From positions 7,440,001-7,504,000 of the forward strand of contig CM106585.1 in assembly GCA_048013815.1 (NCBI GenBank): a DNA stretch of 64,000 bases. The letters run 5' to 3'. Source of the DNA: Setoptus koraiensis. Its lineage: Eukaryota > Animalia > Arthropoda. The stretch's first letter is position 1. The number at the start of each line of letters is the position of its first letter. The position numbers and the translations under genes were made by a program. The notes under the pieces are model-generated. The model was not told where the DNA came from and did not search any database. It saw only the letters and a program-made list of their open reading frames with translations. Below, in pieces: positions 24,366 through 37,072 of this stretch.

Positions 24366-25892
24366 TATTAAGAATATGCAGGGTTCATATATGTTCTGGT
24401 CGGCCATATCTTTACAATCTAACAGTTGGTTATCATATAATTTATCTAAGACAGTAGTCAAAACATAGTACTTGAGAGAGAACGTGATCAATACCCTTTC
24501 GTCTCGCCGCAGACGGTAATATTCTTCAAGTATTCTCAAGTAGTTTGAAGTAGTCTCAAGTATCTTCAAGTGCCGGTAGGCTTTGAATTTGGCAGCTATC
24601 TTGTGTCGTTAGATCTATAATTAGTGTAATTGATATCATATCTATATGTTAGTTAGTACCATATCTATATGGCGGTAGCCCTTTAATTACTAGTTAATCA
24701 GTATGTTTATGTTTGTAGTATATCAGATATTGCTTCTGTGCTATATCTAGATCAATCTTCATCTGTGCATGTGATTGCGCGAGTGTGCTGTGAGTGCGAG
24801 TGTGAGCGTGTTGTTAGTGCATGGGGTACGAGGACACAACAACACAGCGTGTCACAGCGCTCAACTAAAGCGCTAGCACATGAGGCACGCACTTGTCGTG
24901 CGCTACGGCCGTGCCATAAACACCATGTGGCACGACCAGGCGCGACTAGTGCGCGCCACAGCTCAATGTACCACACAATGTAAGGCGCGCACTTGTCGCG
25001 CGCTACGGCTGTGCCATAAACACCATGGCCAGCCCAGGCGCGACAAGTGAGCGCCAGGCTCAAGACTTGTAAACGGACATTCTGCCGACCCAGCAGAATG
25101 CCCCTATAAATAAAGCCGCGACTGACCCAATAGGATCAGTTGAGATCCGACTTGCCTCTAGAAAAGATCATTCCCTCACACGTACACACTGTCAACCTGA
25201 AATACGCATCAGAAAGGGGGCGTGTCTGGTCGGTTTTCCGCTTCCGGTGCGGAAAAAGGGTCGTGGCGGCTAAAAATAGCGCGGCTCGCTCAGCTCGCCG
25301 CGCGAAAAACCGCGCACCTCCATCTATGTATAGGGTAGGTGTTACAGTGCGGTCGATCACAGTAAGCTGTCACAGTGCAGTCGATCACAGTGAGCTGTCA
25401 AAAACTGTGACCTCTACAGTGTACTGTAGGTCAAAGTCTATGCTTCACTCTTTGTGGTTGACTCTCTCTCGCTGTCAAAAGTTCATTCACTATTCACACA
25501 AAACAAGAGCGGTACATTTATAACAATACAATTCTATAACAATGAAGCTCTTTGCCGCTAGTTTGACCTTATTATTGGTCGTCTCCTCGGGACACCCTTT
25601 TGAGCGGTGTCTTTTCGTAGATCCCATTAACTGGTAGATCTCACAGCCCTTTCGTTCTCTTACCATCTTGCGCCTGGTTATACCCATATTGTCTCAGGTT
25701 GATCATTACCCAGAACTTTAACCTGGCGTCTCCTCTCTGATGGTTTCTTCTCTCGTCTCTACCAAACTTAGCTTTTTACTTTGATCGTCCCCATACTACG
25801 AATTGACGACTGTTTCGTTACGTTATATGGCCTATTAACCAATATATTCTCTTTCGGCTGTGATCTGCAGGCAACCACCTTCCTTCTCTGAG

Positions 25893-26124
25893 GACTTTGT
25901 TGCCGCACCATGTTACGATTAAGAGGACGAGAGTCTGACACACTTTATAGCTTAAATCAAGACTGAATTGTCTCCTTTATTTGCGTCATACTTATACCTT
26001 ATTGAATGATACGAGCTGGCCAGATGTCCTTCTGGAATATTCCAGACGGGCATCTGGCCTAAGCATTAAACTCTGGGCATTCGTTTAACCTTTTGCCTCT
26101 TCATCATAACATCCTCCCCCTTAA
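25893..26124 (-). mobile_element. 201-bp LTR (25911-26111) flanked by a PPT and a PBS-like site
   Basis: Minus strand: AGGGGGAGGA|TGTTATG...AATAAA...CGTAACA|TGGTGCGGCAAC. Confidence 0.8.
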
Positions 26125-26229
26125 AACAAAGGTCGGGGTCTCGAAGAAAATACCTCTTTGCCAGATGGTTTTATCTAAATCGCTGGCCTGATCTATACAG
26201 CTACTCCAATACATACAATGAGTAATACA

Positions 26230-26630
26230 TAAAATGAGTAAGTGCGACGTGAACTCGTTCTATGTTATTTCAACCTTTGTTGGCTCATCCATCTTCAGAT
26301 CGTATAGCTCGAGCATTAGCCTCAAATCCGCGATGAATCCATTCACTGGCTCATTCTCCTTCATATATCTCGAATCTATCTCGCGTCCTAGGCGTTTCCT
26401 AGTCGAAATGTTGTAATAATTTAGCATAAATTTGCTCTTGATATCCTCGAAAGTAAGGACAACCCCCTCGATCTTGCTCTTATACCATTTTAAGGCGAAA
26501 CCGTCGAGGAACGCTGGTAGATACCGAGCCTTGTCGGTTTCTGTCCAGTCGTTCAATTTACAACAGAACTCATATTCGATCATCCACTCCCGCCCCTAAA
26601 TTCGAGCCGGTGAAACGTGGTGGTTTTCTA
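26230..26630 (-). pseudogene. Ty3/gypsy gag (capsid) fragment
   Basis: KPPRFTG (frameshift) WMIEYE...W...KARYLPAFLDGFALKWY...FEDIKSKF...EPVNGFIADL. Confidence 0.75.
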
Positions 26631-26740
26631 AGTTAACGCTCTAGGTTTATTGTTCTCCTAACGCCATCACCCTGAGGGGCGTCACTCTGGCCTGAACTAT
26701 ACAGCTACTCCAATTCGAGGCGCTGCATCAACCTTACTTC

Positions 26741-28756
26741 TTGAATTCGTCATCGTTGACAAACCTATTGCCCGCCGTAACAACGGCGAGGAGCTGTACT
26801 TTACACTCTGGCAATATGATCATGTTGAAATTCTGGTCGAAGAATGTCGACCGAAACTCTTTCGTAGTAACTGCGGATCCATTCAAGATCTATACAAACC
26901 TGACTAGACAGCCCACCCTACGTGAGTACGCGGGTCCATACCATTTGGTATATAATCGCACTAGCGATTGTACGAAGGGAATAGAAATAGATAATGGTAT
27001 GTTTATCTCCGCTTCGTGTACGGAGAGTCATAAGCACGAAGATCTAAGGAGATTGTGGAGACCTTTGGTGACTCACGACGCCATTGCACATATCGTACCG
27101 ACGAATGAGGCAAAGGTCGGATTCAAGTCAATGCATATTTATTGTTACCCCGGTAACATCACAGTCGGGGGAGAGGTGATGAATTGTCCACCTTATGTGT
27201 TCAAGATGGAGGAGGCAATCCACACACAAGCCTACAATTTTGAGTCACGCCCCCTCCTTAGCACACAGAAAGCTACAGCCTGAATGAGACTCAAGTTGCT
27301 CCACCTCCTCAGCACACAGTAAGGTACAGCTTGATTGAGACTAAAGTCGCTCCACCTCCTCAGCACACAGTGAGCTACAGCCTGAATGAGACTTAAGTCG
27401 CGCCACCTCCTCAGCACACAGTAAGCTTCAGCTTCATTGAGACTTAAGTAGCTCCGCTCCCTAATTCACAGTGAGCTACAGACATGATCGAAATTTAAGT
27501 CTGCCACCTCATCATCACATTCTAGCTGTTCAAAATTTGTTTACATGTTGTTGCTTCAAAGTCTCGTGTGTAGATAGCTGGCTCTGCAGGCTGTTCACTT
27601 ATTGATCAGTTTCTACATTTAGTGTGTAGATACCAGGCTCGTTTACTTGTTTACAAATTGATGGATACAAGTCTCGTGTGTGGATAGCTGGCTCTGTAGC
27701 TCGTTTACATTCGTGATTTGAGTTCTACAATGAGACTAGAGGTCATTTGTTGGTTGAGCACGAAGAAGGTTATTTCAATGATGAGGAATTTCGCAGCACC
27801 TTAGTCCAATTTGATCATTGGTGGATTGATGTTAAAGTATCTAAACATTACACATGTTAACTCTACGGAGATTTGAGTCTCTAAAATCCCGTGTTAAAGT
27901 ATTTAAACATCACACATGTTAACTCTATGGAGATTTGAGTCTCTCAATTTCTTTGTTAAAGTTTCCAAGAAAAAAAGATTGAAAAATTCATTCGAAAGCC
28001 ACCGAATTCGCACTGCCGAACATTCTATCTATGGCTATCTAGTGTGCGAAAACTGGCAATTTTATCTTGACAAACTTGGAAACTATGGCTGATTTTCGAA
28101 AACAAAATAGTGCATGGAAATGCGGATGCATCATAGCGATCCAGTATCGTTCAAATATAGATGCGAGTATGTGATAACATGTCGGAGTTGAAGATCTATG
28201 CCTGTCGAATCAGAGTAGCCGAAAAGATGACATAATAAATACAAGTTCTTCAAATTCCTATCACAACGTGATACACATGTTGACCGACTACTCTGATCTG
28301 ACAGGCATAGATGTTCTCTGACATGGTGTCACAAACTCGCATCCATATCCCAACGATACTCGTCTATCCAAAAAATTAAGCGCTCGAGATACTGACGGAA
28401 TCAGTATCACTTGTAAATCATTTATACCCGTGCCGGCGACGAAAGTGGCGCCGGAGGGCCGGACTATATTCGATGCCCTGAAGCGCATTCAAGAGATGCA
28501 GGAGGTCATTAGTAAGCTGGACAAAGAGTCTTTAGATTTGATCGACCATACCAAACAAGTCGTAACTTTATCGCATCATAACTCTACTTTAAATCTCATA
28601 TTACTGGCTTTATGCGGGGTCGCATTCATGATGATAGTTAAATGTCTGTATAAGCGAAGATCCCTCCAAACAGTCAGAAACAGGACCCAACACTTGGGCC
28701 TCAATACAATTGTTGTCGCCCCGTCGACGAGTGCCGCATCGCACGGCCTCGCGTAG
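26741..28756 (+). pseudogene. Second env-like glycoprotein relic split by a HINE
   Basis: 26741-27205 ADPF..EYAGP..C..C..W..IYCYPGNITV..CPPYVF aligns by eye with 10213-10923. 28415-28756 gives a coiled coil, TM (LILLALCGVAFMMIV) and tail. That both halves belong to one gene is inferred. Confidence 0.65.
27205..28413 (+). mobile_element. HINE, 5'-truncated
   Basis: Near-identical to 12673-13425 plus 21260-21350; ends in subTIR, hairpin and CTTG at 28413. Confidence 0.8.
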
Positions 28757-29429
28757 TAAATTTCGTTTGATTTGACGCAACGTTCGACCACAGCAGCATA
28801 CTACCCATTTAGTTTACACTTTGTTTCTTTCCGTTCCCAATTTAGTTATGTCGCCTAGTGGTGTCGAGAATGGTGGCGTTAAGAAAGTGGGTTGTTCTAG
28901 CGATTAGGTCCCCAACCGGATCTTGATGAAACTTCCGGTATAGGTCCATCTCGACCTAATTAAGACGGAAGAAGTGGTCCGGAAGCCAGGAAACTTCCGG
29001 TTTCACACAAAGTTGTAGCTAGAGCTCTGAAACTTACCAGAATGACGCTCTAGAAGACGCTTAAAACGATGACGTATTTTTCAGCTCTGTCCGACTTCCA
29101 GTTTCTTAGATAAAGCCATATTTTAACAATAAGAAGACCGGAAGTTGCGAAATTCATGCTTCGCAGCGCTCAAGGATGAGTCTGCGATTGTTCTGAGAAC
29201 TCGGCCTGCGGCCTCGTAATCTGCAGGCCGTCACATCTCCGTCGTCGCTTCCGCGACGACTGCGTGCGACGGGAACCCTTCAGGTAGGTTTGATGAGCGC
29301 TTCGGGTATCGGGCTGCGCCCTCTACCCTCCGCTCACATGACCGCAATCCAAACACAGCTGCAGGCGGGAGGAGTGAACGAACCGACCAACTGAGAATGG
29401 CAAATAAGAAACAAGGGGAAACGAGTTTC

Positions 29430-31681
29430 GGGTGTACTGGAGAATAGCGCCGCACTCCGAATTGGATGAAACTCAACACACGGGGCCCGCAGGGCCGCCT
29501 GACAAATATTTCAGTAGTCCGGAAGTGAGGAACCTTCCGGTTCCGGTTTTACAAAAAGTTGAAGCTAGATCTCTGAAAATTGAGAATCAGGTAGGTGACC
29601 CCTAGCGGAGCACGATGAAATCAAAATAAATCTAATATCACTTCCGGTTCGCTATATATCACGGTTAAACTGAAATTAGAGGTGCGGCCGGGCCTGTGCG
29701 GATCATTGAATTATTGAAATTAATAAAGATAAAGTAAATGACAAGTAATACTGATCAAATCAGTATTTCGAGCGCTTAATTTTTCGTGTGGACAAGTATT
29801 GTTGAAGGATTCAAAGGAGTTTATTACAACCTGTTAACCACCGAACTTCAAAATGTGACCATCGAACATAGACCATCGAACACTGACCACCGAACATCGA
29901 ACGAGCAGATGGAACTGTCATCAGAAATTCGAATTTTCAATTTCGAAGTTCGAATTGTGACCATCGAACTTCGAATTGTGACCAGCGAACTCCGTATCGT
30001 GACCATCGAACTCTGTACAAGCACCTGGAACTCGTATCGGAAATTCGAATTTTCAATTTCGAATTTCCAAGTTCGACGTTCGGAATTTGACCATCGAACC
30101 TCGACAGAGCAGATTAAACTATCATAAGAAATTCGAATTTTCAATTTTCGAATTTCGAAGTTCGAAGTGTGACCATCGAACTCTGACCACCGGACTCTGA
30201 CCATCGAACATCGAACGAGCAGACGAAACTATCATTAGGAATTCGAATTTTCAATTTTCGAATTTCGAATTTCGAAGTTCGAATTGTGACCATCGAATTG
30301 TGACTATCGAACATCGAACTCTGACCATCGAACATCGAACGAGCAGATGAAACTATCATTAGGAATTCGAATTTTCAATTTTCGAATTTCGAATTTCGGA
30401 TTGTGACCATCGAACATCGAACTCTGACCATCGAACATCGAACGAGCAGATGAAACTATCATTGGGAATTCAAATTTTCAATTTTCGAATTTCGAATTTT
30501 GAAGTTCGAAGTTCGAATTGTGACCATCGAATTGTGACCATCGAACACTGACCATCGAACATCGAACGAGCAGATGAAACTATCATTAGGAATTCGAATT
30601 TTCAATTTTCGAATTTCGAATTTCGAAGTTCGAAGTTCGGATTGTGACCATCGAACATCGAACTCTGACCATCGAACATCGAACGAGCGGCTGTAACTCT
30701 TATCAGAAATCTGAATTTTCAATTTCGAAGTTCGGATTGCGACCATCGAATTGTGACCACCGAACTCTGACCATCGAACATCGAACGAGCAGATGAAACT
30801 ATCATCAGAAATTCGAATTTTCAATTCCGAATTTCGAATTGTCTCCACCGAACTCCGCACAAATGTGACCTAGTCAAATCTCCATAGGATTGCATACAAA
30901 ATATTTTCGAGTGAAGCGATAATAGACCAAGTCGAATCTACATAGGAATACATGTGTTATGTCTAGCAGGATTCTCACAAATTTGACTAAGTCAAACCTC
31001 CATAGGATTACATAGTCACGTGAATAAACGTAGAGCCCAGAACCATCCCAATAGCTGCTTAATTAAAATTAAGCGCTAAAAATTGTTCCCACTTGTCTCA
31101 TCCTTATTTTTGGCCCCCCGCCTCTATTTGTGGATGGATTGCGGTCATGTGAGCGGAGGGTAGAGGGCGCAGCCCGATAACCGAAGCGCTCATCAACCCT
31201 ACCCGAAGGGTTCCCGTCGCACGCAGTCGTCGCGGGAGCGACGACGGAGATGTGACGGCCTCCAGATTACGAGGCCGCAGGCCGAGTTCTCAGACCCATC
31301 ACAAGCCGAGCGAAGCAAAGGCCTTTATCTGCCATTCCTTGCTGTATTGGATGCGACTTCATCGAGGTACCAAAAATAACCCTGAAAAAATACCCGCAAA
31401 TCCCCAAGCGGCTGTCGGGAGTCGGACTTCCGGAAACATGATTTCGAGATAAGTGTTCAATAATCTACCCATACAAATCCGAAATATCTTAACAGAGGCT
31501 CTAGGGGGCGCTAGCGGTCGTCGGGTAGCGAGAAACGCCCATTGAGCGGTACCTCGGTTATCTCTGGAACTAGAAATTTCCGCACTTCCGGAATACCTAA
31601 ACCAGTACCAGGGTACGATACCCTACCCAAAAATACCCAAAATACCCCAAAAAAAGTGCGGCGCTATTCTCCAGTATAACC
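29430..31681. mobile_element. Merlin-type MITE nested in the previous one
   Basis: TIRs GGkTrTACTGGAGAATAGCGCCGCAC; TSD CGAGTTTC at 29422-29429 and 31682-31689; core inverted at ~31140-31260. Confidence 0.9.
29742..31082 (-). mobile_element. HINE, complete, with TCGA-rich tandem array
   Basis: Both diagnostic ends present; interior ACCATCGAAC / GAAATTCGAATTTTCAATTTCGAA repeats. Confidence 0.88.
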
Positions 31682-32567
31682 CGAGTTTCCACCTATTTGT
31701 TGTAATAATTTTAATCTCAAATCCAACTATCAGACTAAGTCGTTGATATTCAGGGTTAGACTGACCGAAACAGACACGGATACAGGGTGTTACGCGCGCG
31801 AGGCACAGGATGGGTCCGCTCACCGCTACCGCACAGGGCCCGATCACACCCTTTTTCTGCGTCAAACAGCTATATCGAGGTAACCGGAAGTGGTAGAAAA
31901 TTAATTTAGATGTCATCGTGCTCCGCTAGGTGTCATCTATCCGATCATGAATTTTCAAAGCTCTATCTCATTTTTTTGGTAACTCCGGAACCGGAAGTTT
32001 CCTGGCTTCCGGTCTACTCATCCCATGATATGGGGCTTCTACGGGGCCTATGTGTGGAGTTTCATCGAAATCTGAGTGGGGACCTAATCGCTAGAACACC
32101 CAGAAAGTGGTCGGGATGAGATGTTTCGGCGGGCGAGTACAGTTTGAAATAGCAAGCTCACAAGAGAATAATCGAGCGGTATCTAGACGTTGGTTTTTCC
32201 CCGAAGAATTAGAAGATCATGAGTTGGGCTTAATCAACGTTTATAGAGCAGAATGCATGGCCAGAGACGCCGTGGACAGAGCGAGGCTAATGGAGGTCGA
32301 AGACGTTACGGCGCACAACGTGCTTGGCACAAATTACTTTGTGGCCACCGTCCCTAACACCGGACGGGAGTTGAAACAATTCAAGGTTTTTGTAACACCA
32401 GAGGATGGTCGCCTCAGGTCTGTATTCGTGGTCTATGGTCCGCAAGCAACAACGCGAGGATATGGCATAGACCATGAATCGCCCAACGTACTCATGGTAC
32501 AGTACGATCCGAGCTATGGAAGGTTCAGGTTCACCCGGGCAGCCTGAAGACAGATGCCGTCCTTCTT

Positions 32568-32790
32568 GAGGGGGAGGATGTTATGGTTTGTTAAAGCAAT
32601 TATGATTAGCCTTTCGGACCAGACGCAATGAAAGGTCGTTTAATAAAAGATCCAACACATGCCACCGATTGTGACATGTGTTGGAGCATTTAATCGAAGT
32701 TTCGAGATCGAGACACAATATATTATAAATTACATTTAAGCAAAATGAAGATCAGATTAGCTTTGCAATGAGAATCGATCACAAAGTCCG
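32568..32790 (+). mobile_element. PPT plus start of a 3' LTR
   Basis: GAGGGGGAGGA|TGTTATGG, the same junction as at 26112 (minus); AATAAA at ~32642; right boundary not determined. Confidence 0.7.
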
Positions 32791-33174
32791 TCCCGTTCTG
32801 TATTTACTAACTAGCTGAGAAATTGTGCATCCTCAGCTATGACGCTGTTCAAATTTTAGCGTGCCTTTGGCTGTGCTAATTTTGTGTGTCATAGCTGAGA
32901 ACATGAGCATCCTCAGCTATCACTCAACATGACTGAGTTATGTGCCTTTGACAGTATTAATTGTGTGTTTGATAGCTGACAGCATGTACATCCTTAGCTT
33001 CCACACAGTACAGCACAGTTAGGTGCCTTTGACAATACCAATTGTGTTTGTTATAGCTGAGAGCATGTGCATCATCAGCTTCCACTAAGCATGACTGAGT
33101 TATGTGCCTTTCACAGTGCTGATTGCGACCCAATATTGTAAGCTAGCTGTTATTCGATTCTCAGTAGCCTTCTG

Positions 33175-34125
33175 GGTTATAGTAGCGAACAGCGACCACG
33201 CCCAATTTGGGTATTTTAGGTATTTTTGGGTAGGGTATTGTACCTTGATACCCGAACAGGTATTCCGGAAGTGCGGAAATTCTTCGTTACCGAGATACCC
33301 GAGGTACCGCATACTGGGTATTTTAGGGTATTTGAAGGCATATTGAGGGTATAGTCGGCCGTACCTACCCGCTCGGACATCCGGTCAGATATTGAGGTCC
33401 TCACACCGAAGGAAGATCATTCTTAGAAGCCACAGGAAGCGAATAAAAGCGGTCAAACTGAAGAGGCGTGGCCGATGCGCGCGGCGTGGAGTGAAACTGC
33501 GCCCGCAGTTAGTGAGACCACCCACCGAGTCCTAGCACTACTGAGGATGATGAAAATTGAATAAGGGCTGAGCCCTAACTTTTTCGACGCTTTCGACCTC
33601 GCGGACCGCGCAGACTCGGAACTCCACTCGTACAGACCCCTATTTCGATCTTTACCGACTCGGCCTTTGGCCTCGCGAGCTTGCCTCGCTTCGAGTTGAG
33701 GGCTTCGCCCTCAACCCTCGCTCAAACCGACAACCCCGGCCTTCGGCCGAGTAATTGTCACACACCCGAACACCAGAAACAATGCGAATGCGTGATAAGC
33801 TGAGTGCGGCTTGTGAGACGTCAGATGTGACTCGAATTGCGTTACCGGAAGTTGGTCCAACAGTGAATGGTGGATATCTCCTGAGTGGATGATTATAGAG
33901 GTTGGATCGCAACTGCATGTTGAAGGTCACAACTGGACCTATTCGAAAATACCTAAATTTCCAGTCTGAGGCACTCCTGAGGCCCGGAAAATGCTTTTTC
34001 CCGTATCTCCGGAAGTAGGAATTTCCGCACTTCCGGACCTCCAAAAATGTTCTTTAGGGCCGCTTCGCGGCCCTTGTGTGGAGTTTGAAGGAAATCGGGC
34101 TTGGTCGTTGTTCGCTACTACACCC
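33175..34125. mobile_element. Merlin-type MITE, complete
   Basis: TIRs GGkTrTAGTAGCGAACArCGACCA; TSD GCCTTCTG at 33167-33174 and 34126-34133; arm homologous to 44833-45125. Confidence 0.9.
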
Positions 34126-34133
34126 GCCTTCTG

Positions 34134-34770
34134 CACCGCTAAATCATTCTAGTGGGCATCTCAGCTTCAAGTTCGTCACTTTCACCTAGTTCGATTAATC
34201 ATAGGATAACTTGTGCTGCGAGACACTTTTCAACTTGAGTATCTTCTACTGTACTGTGATTTCCTAGTTTCATGACTACTAACTTCCCGTGCGCTAGATC
34301 CTAATTGTCAACAGCTAGCCTTCTACTGTGCTAGATCCACCTAGTTTGCATCTCAGCCTTCTCTATATCATTGTTTCCTAGTGATTCTGCCTCCTAGCTA
34401 TTCCTGTGTTTAATATAATAAACCAACATTCAAGCGTTCTATTGTACTAAATCTACCTAGTTTTCGCATTTCTAGCTTCCCTAGTGCTAATTCCAATTTG
34501 TAAACAGCTAGCATTCTTGGTTCTAATTTCGACTAGTTAGCATTTAAGCTTCCACTGTATAATTGTTTTCCGATGACTCCGCCTCCTAGCTTTCACTGTA
34601 CTAACAAACTAGGTAAATTGAGAACGATGAAACCTACCAGATGCCTCCCGATGCCTTCCTTGTGCTAATTTTCCCTAGATAGAAAATCGCACTAATTTGT
34701 TCTACTCACGTGAATAAACGTATCCATCATCACCACACGAATAGCAACTTAATTAAAATTAAGCGCTAAT
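34134..34770 (-). mobile_element. HINE 5' portion
   Basis: CTTAATTAAAATTAAGCGCT end at ~34748-34770; interior resembles the reverse complement of 23100-23500. Confidence 0.65.
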
Positions 34771-35504
34771 AATTTTGTTACAGCAAGGTACAGTCGGGTA
34801 TTCTGAACTCAGAAGTAGTATACCGGAAGTGTCAAAATGAACCCGAGGTGCGATACCAGGATTTACCCGGGTATTTCGGGTATCCGAGTATGTAATAGGC
34901 TACGCGAGGGTAATAATCACAACCGCCTGAGTGCCGCATGACCGTTGCGGGTAGCACGATGTACACGGGTTACCCATGCTCACTCGTATATAATATATAA
35001 TAGCCCTTCCGTCTGCCATGCAGCTCGGGCCCGGGCCGGAGTAGGGGTTCGGCCTCCATTCGTCCACACCTACGGCCTGCGGCTTCCGGGGGGACGACTG
35101 ACGGCCACCAAACTAAAAAAGATTCTTCCCAAGGACTGGGAGTCGAGCAGGCGGGGCCCGTGATCGAGCCGGGTTTCGTTCGTGAATGCGTGTCACCCTG
35201 CTCTGGGTGTAAGATTTTGGCTCTTAACAGACCCAGACCGGCCTAGATTCGCCTATACATGCAATTTTCCTGAATATCGCGAGAACCGGAAGTTGTAGAG
35301 ATTCGAAAATGATGTCATCGAGGATATCGTAGTCTGACATAGTAACATACCGAGTTTCAAGGCTGTATCTCAAAGATGAAGCTAAATCCGGAACCGGAAG
35401 TTTCTACACTTTCGGTCTATAATATTTCTCATCAGGGGCCTCTAGGGTACTCACACCGTGAGTTTTGTCGCGGACTGGGCTACGCCCTGTTCGCAAGAAC
35501 ACCC

Positions 35505-35684
35505 GAGTTTGGGAGGTTTAGGAGGAATTTGGGAGATTCGGGAGAGGTTTGGGAGATTCGCGAGACTCGGGAGGTTCGCGGGAGCGGGAGGGCCCGGGAG
35601 CTGACATGAGAAAAATCTCCCGGGAGAATCTTCCCATGGGCGGGAGAAATTTCTCCCGTGGCGGGAGACATCCCCCCATCACTA
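35505..35684. mobile_element. One end of a hAT-like MITE with CGGGAG subterminal repeats
   Basis: Terminus reads TAGTGATGGG on minus; dense GGGAG/CTCCC repeats; partner end not found. Confidence 0.4.
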
Positions 35685-37072
35685 GCTGTGTGCGCTTTTT
35701 CCAAAACACATCCTCGAAGTTCTGCGTTATTCCGCCAGGAGCGCGCAGACCGTTTTTGGATGCACACGCAACCTTAGAGTGTTACCCTAACTGTTCATTT
35801 ATTCTGATTCAACAGAGCATTCATTTTAGCAGGTGAGGTTACCCGTTTTTCATCGCGAGGTGGCGCGTCTGCAGTTCATATTACTGTGCGCGATCCTGCA
35901 GATAAGCACTTTGCAAGTTTCACTGCTACTCGCTTACACTGCATATTAAAAATCCAAGAGCGCCGCCCTGGCGGATTATTGGTGAACTTCGAAGATGTGT
36001 ATTGTAAAAAGCGCACACAATACAGCTCACACACACACACTTGCTGCTACACGATTTGCTTATAAAATATTGAGAAGTTGTGTTGATCGTACAGAAGGGG
36101 GCGCTTCTCTAGGCATGTTATGCATCAAGTGCATCTACAGTATAGCAGAGCGACGGCGCATACGCCCATAATGAATTTACGTTCAATAGTTTTGGTACAT
36201 TGTGTACATTGATAGTTACGACGAAACAGACACACAGACACACACTCGCACAAGTTACTAAAGAGCAAGTAACAAAGAAGTTTGGACACGCACACATTTG
36301 ATGTGTTTCACATTGGAGAAAGAGACAGAGAGCGCAGCATTTGTTGTCCAGAGCCACTAGCAACAATGATCTTTCTATTCAGTGTATATACTGATAGTGA
36401 CTGTACACAAATTAAATGCACACACTATACTACTAGTGAGAATACTAGCTAGCAACAACAGGACGGACAAAAGTGAATATCAACAACAATAAAACAGACA
36501 AACAAGCGGACAGACGGACGATCGCATTTAATATTTGCTGATTAAAATTGTCAATATTGCTAATTAGCGACCATTATAATCATCACTATTAGTATTATTA
36601 ATATTGTTATTATTAAACTCACAATTATCAAATATAGTCACATCGTATTATAATCGCTATATATCTTGCTCAAGAATCAAGGTGAGATCACTTATAACAA
36701 CAGTGACAATTATCATATTACCCATAAATAGCCTATTGCTTCCAACAAGAGATTGTCATTGATTTTACGATCAAAATCTAAATCCCACCCGCAACTGTCT
36801 ATATGCTTATATATGAATTGACAGTGTTGTATTATCTGCAAGACTAAACGGTTGGCAGACGGACAAGCAAACAAACAGATAGTTTTAATCCAAGAACCTT
36901 AGTTGACTCACTATCTTAACAGTTCACACAACATTATTCTTTTATTATTCATATAATACAAGATTATAATTATTGTCGTCAATACAGTGGACAACATACT
37001 GAGGCAGTATTAATCAAACGCTTACCGTGGCAAGACCATAATTAAAAAGACAGAATAATAACCGAGATCAAC

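Larger units (their letters stand above)
28890..32101. mobile_element. Merlin-type MITE with nested insertions
   Basis: TIRs GGkTGTTCTAGCGATTAGGTCCC; TSD AGAAAGTG at 28882-28889 and 32102-32109. Confidence 0.9.
28848..32547 (+). pseudogene. Reconstructed 159-aa ORF of an LTR element (28848-28889 + 32110-32547), chromodomain-like N-terminus
   Basis: Removing the MITE and one TSD copy gives an open frame MSPSGVENGGVKKVVGMRCFGGRVQFEI...RWFFPEELEDHELGLINVY...FRFTRAA*. Confidence 0.65.

Noticed and set aside
29786-30860. ORFs in the TCGA-rich arrays (also 46204-46513, 50800-51590)
   Set aside because: Translations of tandem repeats; not protein-like.
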